Positions 24,201-29,926 of a stretch of 43,146 nucleotides of DNA are shown here, one piece after another. The notes beneath the pieces are model-generated. The model made no database searches and had not been told where the DNA came from. It saw only the letters and a list, made by a program, of their open reading frames with translations. This DNA comes from Gemmatimonadota bacterium (lineage in GTDB: Bacteria; Gemmatimonadota; Gemmatimonadetes; Gemmatimonadales; GWC2-71-9). How positions within the stretch are numbered: the first letter of the stretch is position 1; every line of letters begins with the position of its first letter. The DNA is taken from the NCBI GenBank assembly GCA_003220855.1, contig QHTP01000021.1:1-43146 (forward strand). Reading direction: 5' to 3'. A program made the position numbers and the translations under genes.

Positions 24201-24410
24201 GGCTCGGCCGATTGGCGGCCCCGCAATCTGCGCCGCCGCATCGAGGTGGTCACACCCGTGGACGACCTCGCGGCACGGGACCGGTTGGACGGGATGCTCG
24301 AGCGCGAGCTCGCCGACCCCGATGCCTGGAGCCTCGCATCCGATGGCTCGTACGCCCGGGGTGTTGGCCTCACACGTCCCTCGCGTACCGCATCTCATTC
24401 GTCGGCCTGA
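21234..24410 (+). CDS. ppk1: polyphosphate kinase 1 with ~370-aa N-terminal extension (CYTH/TTM-like + degenerate Nudix-like)
   Basis: The PPK1 core starts at about nt 22370: [81 protein letters not shown] (catalytic His), [17 protein letters not shown]. N-terminal part: [25 protein letters not shown] (CYTH-like). GTG 21234 lies 4 nt after the upstream stop; GTG 21243 is an alternative. Confidence 0.85.
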   Translation: [1058 protein letters not shown]

Positions 24411-24458
24411 GGCCCCGTTTTTCGTAGAGCGGACGCCCGGCCGGGATCGAGAGCCCGG

Positions 24459-24776
24459 TCACCGCTCGCGATGCCGCTCCAGCAGCTCCAGAGCGCGCCG
24501 CAGCCGCGCCAGCGCCGCCCCAACATCCGCATCACCCGCGGCGCGCATGGGCGCCAGCACCTGGAGTGCATTGCGGAGATGCTCGGCCGGGGATTCGTCC
24601 GCGGGAAGTCGGACCGCGCGCCCGCGGCGCTCGAGCGTGCTGCGTCGCTCCGCGCCCCATCGGCGGTCCACCACGCGGCGGCGCTCGAGCGGGGACGGCG
24701 CCAACGCCCGTCGCCGTGGCGCGGAGCGTCTGTCCACGCCGTGTCGGCGATCGGCGAAAAGGCGAGAAGGCGTCAC
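24459..24776 (-). CDS. small Arg-rich protein with (D/E)RRxxx hexapeptide repeats and helical C-terminus (hypothetical)
   Basis: GTG start, 105 aa: ...FADRRHGVDRRSAPRRRALAPSPLERRRVVDRRWGAERRSTLERRGRAV... then ESPAEHLRNALQVLAPMRAAG...ALARLRRALELLERH. GC3 is mostly high. It fills the gap between ppk1 and the ABC operon. There is no convincing SD. Confidence 0.45.
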   Translation of the reverse strand: MTPSRLFADRRHGVDRRSAPRRRALAPSPLERRRVVDRRWGAERRSTLERRGRAVRLPADESPAEHLRNALQVLAPMRAAGDADVGAALARLRRALELLERHRER

Positions 24777-24839
24777 GGAGCTCTAATGTGCTTCCGGCGC
24801 GCCCCGACGGCCAGCCTCCGGCTAAATTCCCCACCACAC

Positions 24840-25841
24840 ATGCCAACGATCGTAACGGCCGAGCGGCTCAGCAAGACGTTCCGCGTCAAAGTGCGCGACC
24901 CCGGGTTGAAGGGCGCGCTCGCGGCGCTGCTGCGCCCCCGCTATCGCGACGTTCACGCGGTGCGCGACGTGACCTTCCGGATCGAGCCCGGAGAAATCGT
25001 GGCGTTCCTCGGGCCCAACGGCGCGGGCAAGACGACTACGCTCAAGATGCTCACCGGGCTGCTCTATCCGACGACCGGTCGAGTCGAGGTAGCGGGCTTC
25101 GTGCCTTGGACCGGGGGACGCGACTTCAAGCGACGCATCGCGCTCGTGCTCGGCAACCGGCAGCAGCTCGTGTGGGACCTGCCACCGGAAGAGACGTTCC
25201 TGTTGAACCGGGCCATTTACGACATCGCCGAACCCGCGTACCGGGAGCGGCTCGTGGAGCTGGTCGATCTGCTCGAGCTCCGCGACGTGCTCGACAAGCC
25301 GGTGCGCCAGCTGTCGCTGGGCGAGCGCATGAAATGCGAGCTCGCCGCCGCACTGCTGCACCACCCGCCGCTCTTGTTCCTCGACGAGCCCACGTTGGGC
25401 CTCGACGTCACCGCCCAGGAGGCAATCCGCCGCTTCCTGTCGCAATATCGGGAGCGGCACGGCGCCACCGTGCTCCTCACGTCACACTACATGCAGGACG
25501 TGACGGCGCTCGCGTCGCGCGTCCTCATCATCAACCGCGGGCGCCTCCTGTACGACGGCGCCCTCGATGCCCTGGTGACGCGGATGGCGCGCATCAAGCG
25601 GATCGAGCTGGTGCTCGGACCGGGCGACGGCGTCACGGCCGAGGCACTCGCCACGTTCGGCACCGTCAAGAGCTTCCACTTTCCCAACGCGGTGCTCGAG
25701 GTGCGGCGCGAGGAGGCGGCCGCGACCAGCGCCCGGCTGCTGGCGGCGCTACCGGTGGCCGACCTGTCGATCGAGGACCCGCCCATCGAGGACGTGATCC
25801 GCCAGGCGTTCGCGCACGGTGTGGGACAGGACGACGCGTGA
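24840..25841 (+). CDS. ABC transporter ATP-binding protein
   Basis: Walker A GPNGAGKTTT, Q-loop, signature LSLGERMK, Walker B LLFLDEPTLGLD, H-loop TSH. ATG 24840 was chosen; the 456-aa track ORF is over-extended. Confidence 0.9.
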   Translation: MPTIVTAERLSKTFRVKVRDPGLKGALAALLRPRYRDVHAVRDVTFRIEPGEIVAFLGPNGAGKTTTLKMLTGLLYPTTGRVEVAGFVPWTGGRDFKRRIALVLGNRQQLVWDLPPEETFLLNRAIYDIAEPAYRERLVELVDLLELRDVLDKPVRQLSLGERMKCELAAALLHHPPLLFLDEPTLGLDVTAQEAIRRFLSQYRERHGATVLLTSHYMQDVTALASRVLIINRGRLLYDGALDALVTRMARIKRIELVLGPGDGVTAEALATFGTVKSFHFPNAVLEVRREEAAATSARLLAALPVADLSIEDPPIEDVIRQAFAHGVGQDDA

Positions 25842-26653
25842 GCCGGCTCGTGCGGTGGGAGTGGCTGCGGCGCTACGGCGCGTTGCTGCGCGTCGCGTGG
25901 CTGCAGGACCTGCAGTACCGGGCATCCATCGTGCTGTGGCTGCTCTGGGGCGTGACCGAGCCGGCCGTCGCGCTCGGCATCTGGTGGGCGATCGCGGCGG
26001 ACGGCCCCGTGCAGGGGTATGCCCGCGCCGATTTCGCGCGCTACTTCTTCGCCCTGATGCTCGTGAACCAGCTCACCATCGCCTGGGACTCGTGGTACCT
26101 CGACTCCTGGATTCGCGAGGGCGAGCTGAACTTCCGGCTGGCGCGCCCGATTCACCCGGCACACGAGGCGGTGGCGGAGAACATCGCCTACAAGGCGCGT
26201 ACCGCCGGCATGATCCTCGTCGTGTGGTTGATCGTCGCGGCGGCGTGGCCCGCCGTGCGGCTGCCGTTCGGAGCGGGTCAGTGGGCGCTCGCCGCCGCGG
26301 CGGTGCTGCTCGCGGCGGCGATGCGGTTCTTCATCAGCTTCGCCACCGGTCTGCTCGCGTTTTGGACGACGCGCGCCACGGCCATCATGGAGCTGCACGC
26401 CGGCATCTCGCTGTTCCTCTCCGGACGGCTCGCGCCGCTCGCCCTGCTCCCGCCCGCCGTGGCGCGGGTGGCGGGGTTTTTCTGGTTCCCCTACATGCTG
26501 GCGTTCCCCGTGGACCTGCTCACGGGTGCCGTACACGGCGCGGCGGTCGTGCAGGGATTCGTCGGGCAGGCCGTGTGGCTCGCGGTGTGGGTGGGTGCAT
26601 ATCGGCTGACGTGGACCCGTGGCTTGCGACGCTATGGCGCGGTGGGCGGATGA
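25838..26653 (+). CDS. ABC-2 family transporter permease (DUF990-like), subunit 1
   Basis: GTGA overlap with the ATPase stop. LQDLQYRASIVLWLLWGVTEP... with 6 predicted hydrophobic spans. Confidence 0.7.
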   Translation: MSRLVRWEWLRRYGALLRVAWLQDLQYRASIVLWLLWGVTEPAVALGIWWAIAADGPVQGYARADFARYFFALMLVNQLTIAWDSWYLDSWIREGELNFRLARPIHPAHEAVAENIAYKARTAGMILVVWLIVAAAWPAVRLPFGAGQWALAAAAVLLAAAMRFFISFATGLLAFWTTRATAIMELHAGISLFLSGRLAPLALLPPAVARVAGFFWFPYMLAFPVDLLTGAVHGAAVVQGFVGQAVWLAVWVGAYRLTWTRGLRRYGAVGG

Positions 26654-27453
26654 TGTTCCGCGTTCCCACTGCCGCGTTCCGCGTTCTCAGGGCCCTCTGG
26701 CGCATTAACGTCGCCGAAGAGCTCCAGTATCGCGCCAACTTCGTGGCGAGCCTGCTCGGCACGCTGTTCTGGATCGTCACGGCGCTGCTCACGTTGGCGG
26801 TGTTTTTCCGGCACACCACACGCCTGGGAGACTGGGATTATTGGGAGGTCGTCGTCCTGCTGGGTGTGTTCAACACGCTCACCGGCGTCATCGAAGCCGT
26901 GCTGCGACCGGGCATCGGTCGGCTCGCGGGAGAGGTGAAGAGCGGCGGCCTCGATCTCGTGCTCGCGAAGCCGGTGGACGCGCAGGGGTTCGTCTCGTTC
27001 CGCCGCCTCGACGTGTGGCGATTCACCGACGTGGTGCTCGGGCTCACGCTCGCGGGGTACGCGCTGTACCGCCTCGGCCGGGTACCCTCGTTCGTCCAAC
27101 TCGCGGCGTTCGCCTTGGCCCTGGCGGCCGCGGTCGTCGTCGTGTACGCGCTGTGGGTGGCGCTGATGAGCCTGGCCTTCTGGTTCGTGTCGGTGGAGAA
27201 CCTCTCGGTGTTGTTCGACGCGCTGTATGAGGGCGCGCGCTATCCGGTGTCGGCCTATCCGGGCGTGCTGCGATTCGTTTTCGTGTACCTCATCCCGATC
27301 GCCTGGACCACGACGATTCCGGCGTCCGCCCTCACGGGGAGACTCGAGCCCGGGTTCGCGCTCGTCGCCGCCGCCGTGGCGGGAGTTGTGTTCGCACTGA
27401 CCCGCCTGCTGTGGCGCAGCGCGCTCAAGCGCTACTCCGGCGCGAGCGGGTGA
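26650..27453 (+). CDS. ABC-2 family transporter permease (DUF990-like), subunit 2
   Basis: ATGA overlap with the upstream permease. EELQYRANFVASLLGTLFWIV...GGLDLVLAKPVD... with multiple hydrophobic spans. Confidence 0.7.
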   Translation: MMFRVPTAAFRVLRALWRINVAEELQYRANFVASLLGTLFWIVTALLTLAVFFRHTTRLGDWDYWEVVVLLGVFNTLTGVIEAVLRPGIGRLAGEVKSGGLDLVLAKPVDAQGFVSFRRLDVWRFTDVVLGLTLAGYALYRLGRVPSFVQLAAFALALAAAVVVVYALWVALMSLAFWFVSVENLSVLFDALYEGARYPVSAYPGVLRFVFVYLIPIAWTTTIPASALTGRLEPGFALVAAAVAGVVFALTRLLWRSALKRYSGASG

Positions 27454-27463
27454 GCCGCAGCGG

Positions 27464-28267
27464 TCAGCTCATCGCAGCGAGCGCCGCGCCACCATCGGCC
27501 CAGCGGCCGGCCGGGTCGGCCGCAAGGCAGCGCCGCTCCAGCTCGGCGAGCCACGGGGGCACCGAGCGCACCTCCTCGAGCGGCTCCGATTCCGGGGTCG
27601 GCGGGCGCCCCGTCAGCATCTCGTGCACCAGCACCCCGACGGCGAACATGTCGTCGGCCGGCGTCGCCGCCGCCGCGCCGTTCTTCCCCCCGGGGGCGCG
27701 CCGCTCGGGCGCCACGTACGTGGCGGCGCACAGCGCCCCGGCAGCCACCCCGGGCGCGCCGCGGGGCAGGGAGCGCTCCACGGCACCCACGATTCCCGTG
27801 TCGGCCACCAGGGTGTGGCCCTCGGTGAGCAGGACGTTTTCGGGCTTCAGGTCGCCGTGGGCGATGTGCGCGGCGTGTGCGTGGGCCAGCGCGGTGAGGA
27901 CGTCGCGCAGGATGTCGACCGCGCGACGCAGCGGCAGCTCGCCGTTGCGCGCCAGCCAGGCGCGCAACGTCGTGCCTTCCACGAACGCACGCGAGTGATA
28001 CACGAACGCGCCGGCGCGCCCGGACCCGCGGGGAGGCACCAGCGGCGGGGCGCTCAGGCGCTCGGCGAGCATCAACAGCTCGCGCTCGAGCAGCGCCGTG
28101 TCCAGGACGAGCGACAGCTCCCCCGGCAGCACTTTCACGAGCAGCGCCGGTCCGCTCGCCGCTTCGAGCGCGACGAACATGCGGCACGCGCCCACCGGGC
28201 GCACCTCACGCTCGACCCGGTAGATCGGGCCGAGCGCATCCTGCAGCGCGGTCCGCAGGTCAGCCAC
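27464..28267 (-). CDS. stand-alone Hanks-type Ser/Thr protein kinase domain protein (divergent Gly-loop and DFG)
   Basis: ALLVKVL (VAIK-like Lys), catalytic loop IAHGDLKPENVLL, ADTG in place of DFG, YVAPER (APE), DMFAVGVLVHEMLTGRPP. 267 aa with no TM or sensor domains. GTG start at 28267. Confidence 0.75.
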   Translation of the reverse strand: MADLRTALQDALGPIYRVEREVRPVGACRMFVALEAASGPALLVKVLPGELSLVLDTALLERELLMLAERLSAPPLVPPRGSGRAGAFVYHSRAFVEGTTLRAWLARNGELPLRRAVDILRDVLTALAHAHAAHIAHGDLKPENVLLTEGHTLVADTGIVGAVERSLPRGAPGVAAGALCAATYVAPERRAPGGKNGAAAATPADDMFAVGVLVHEMLTGRPPTPESEPLEEVRSVPPWLAELERRCLAADPAGRWADGGAALAAMS

Positions 28268-28435
28268 GCCCGGCGGTTCCCCCGGGGCGAGACGTCGGCA
28301 TGGGGCGGCTCCTGAGGTAGTGACTGAACATATCCGCGACGGCGGGACCTGTCAGCCACCCCCCGACTCAGACCGGACCCCCGCGCAGGTGGCGCCGATC
28401 GTGCTGCGGATCGGGCGGGCCGTCCTGGGACGTTC

Positions 28436-29311
28436 CTAGCGGGGTTCTCGTGGCGGAGCGGTCCGAAAGTGCAGAGGATCCCGCAGGCTCTGGAGCTCCC
28501 TGTAGTAAAACAGCGGCGTGGGCCGCTTGTGCGTGAACCGCAGCCGCTTGAGCAACGCGATCTCCTCGGCCGTCGCCGTGCCGCTGAGGGCGTGGTCGCG
28601 TAGGAACTCCGTGAGCCCCGGTTCCTCATTCCCGGGCTCGTCGAATTCCCGTTCGACGAACTCGAAGCGCTTCACATGGCCGGCCGCCACCCGTCGGTTC
28701 AAAACGATGTCCAGCGCGAACGTCGCGAGGTCCATGTCCCACGACTCGATCAACGGACCGAGGAACGACACACAGTTCTCCGCCGAAACATGGAAGATGT
28801 CGGTATCGAGGAACTCGAGCACGATCACACGCATCTCTTCGTAGCTGCGGCCGCCGAGCTGCGCCATCATGCGGACCCAGTATTCGTTGTCCAGCTCCTG
28901 CCGGGCCACCTGCTTCGCCACTTCCAAGACCTTCGCCGTGATCAGCCGTTCCAGCTCGCCCAGGGGCTGCTGCTCGAAGATCGCGCGGATCTGGCCTTCC
29001 TTGTCGGGGTTGCACTTGCGCAAGATGAGTTCGCGGACCTCCCCGAGCAGTGCCGCGGGCTCGTCGCCCAGCTCCCGCTTCAGCTGTTCCTTGCGCTGGA
29101 GCTCCGCCAGGCGAGCCAGCTCCCCGCTGGGCAGTCGCAGGAACCTGTCCATCCGGTCGTAAATGTCGGTGCGATTCGGGGCGGGAGGCGCCTTGCGTCG
29201 CGTGAGCAATTGGGAGATGTACGACTCGGTCACGCGGGCGGCGCGGGCGAGATCGCGCTGCTCCAACCCGAGCTCTTCCAGACGGTGACGAATCACAAAG
29301 GGCACGTCCAC
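28436..29311 (-). CDS. XRE-family HTH protein with ~220-aa uncharacterised C-terminal domain
   Basis: HTH_3-like IRHRLEELGLEQRDLARAARVTESYISQLLTRRKAPP. I do not recognise the rest. GTG 29311 lies 7 nt after SD GAGGAG and was preferred over the track TTG 29344 and ATG 29338. Confidence 0.7.
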   Translation of the reverse strand: MDVPFVIRHRLEELGLEQRDLARAARVTESYISQLLTRRKAPPAPNRTDIYDRMDRFLRLPSGELARLAELQRKEQLKRELGDEPAALLGEVRELILRKCNPDKEGQIRAIFEQQPLGELERLITAKVLEVAKQVARQELDNEYWVRMMAQLGGRSYEEMRVIVLEFLDTDIFHVSAENCVSFLGPLIESWDMDLATFALDIVLNRRVAAGHVKRFEFVEREFDEPGNEEPGLTEFLRDHALSGTATAEEIALLKRLRFTHKRPTPLFYYRELQSLRDPLHFRTAPPREPR

Positions 29312-29344
29312 GGCACGTCTCCTCGCCAACGCCCACATTAACAA

Positions 29345-29470
29345 CTAATGGTGAAGTGTTTGATCATTGACAATGTACAACTTGACAAAGCTAGTAAAGC
29401 AGGGTACCTTGTGCAAGGTGGAGAAGTGTCAGTCAGTGGCCGAAGGTCATGGTGGTTGCTTAAGGAGTCG
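29345..29470. promoter_or_regulatory. AT-rich divergent control region (XRE gene <-> ABM gene)
   Basis: About 35% GC over 29341-29400. TTGACAA direct repeat at 29367-29373 and 29382-29388. The second TTGACA, a 17-nt spacer and TACCTT (29405-29410) form a possible sigma70 promoter for the ABM gene. Palindromes: CATTGACAATG (29365-29375), TGTACA, CCTTG-TG-CAAGG (29407-29418). SD AAGGAG at 29462-29467. Confidence 0.45.
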
Positions 29471-29474
29471 CTCC

Positions 29475-29789
29475 ATGTACGCACGCAATGTTACGATGCA
29501 GCTGAAGCCCAACACGGCGGGTGAGTTCACGCAGACGCTCGAAAAGGACATCCTGCCCCTGCTTCGGAAGCGGAATGGGTTCGCGGACGAGATTACCTTC
29601 GTCGCCCAGAACGGCAAGGAAGCCGTTGCCATCAGTCTCTGGGATCGCAAAGAGAGCGCGGACGCCTATGCTCGCGAGACGTATCCCGAGGTGTTGAAGG
29701 GTCTGGCGAAGGTGGTCGAGGGCACGCCCGAGGTCGCCAGTTTTGAGGTGTCGAATTCGACTTTCCACAAGATCGCCGCACGCAGCTAG
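29475..29789 (+). CDS. ABM-like (dimeric alpha/beta-barrel) small protein
   Basis: MYARNVTMQLKPNTAGEFTQTLEKDILPLLRKRNGFADEITFVAQNGKEAVAISLWDRKESADAY... 104 aa. AAGGAG lies 7 nt before ATG 29475. Confidence 0.65.
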   Translation: MYARNVTMQLKPNTAGEFTQTLEKDILPLLRKRNGFADEITFVAQNGKEAVAISLWDRKESADAYARETYPEVLKGLAKVVEGTPEVASFEVSNSTFHKIAARS

Positions 29790-29831
29790 AGTCGACTGGT
29801 CCGCTGTAGGCGGATCGGTTTGTTTCGGAGG

Positions 29832-29862
29832 AGGGGGGCGGCAGACGCCGCCCTCTTTCTTT
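29832..29862 (+). terminator. rho-independent terminator after the ABM gene
   Basis: GGGCGGC-AGAC-GCCGCCC (29836-29853, extendable with G-U pairs) followed by TCTTTCTTT. Confidence 0.75.
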
Positions 29863-29926
29863 CCCACGCCTTGCTAACCAGCGCTTCTGAGGTCACTCTA
29901 GCGCGCCCCCTTTCAGGACTGCTCCG

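Noticed and set aside
24404-24422. Terminator for ppk1 (GGCC-TGA-GGCC followed by CCGTTTTT)
   Set aside because: The stem is only 4 bp with a 3-nt loop, which is too weak to call. I mention it only as a possible weak element.
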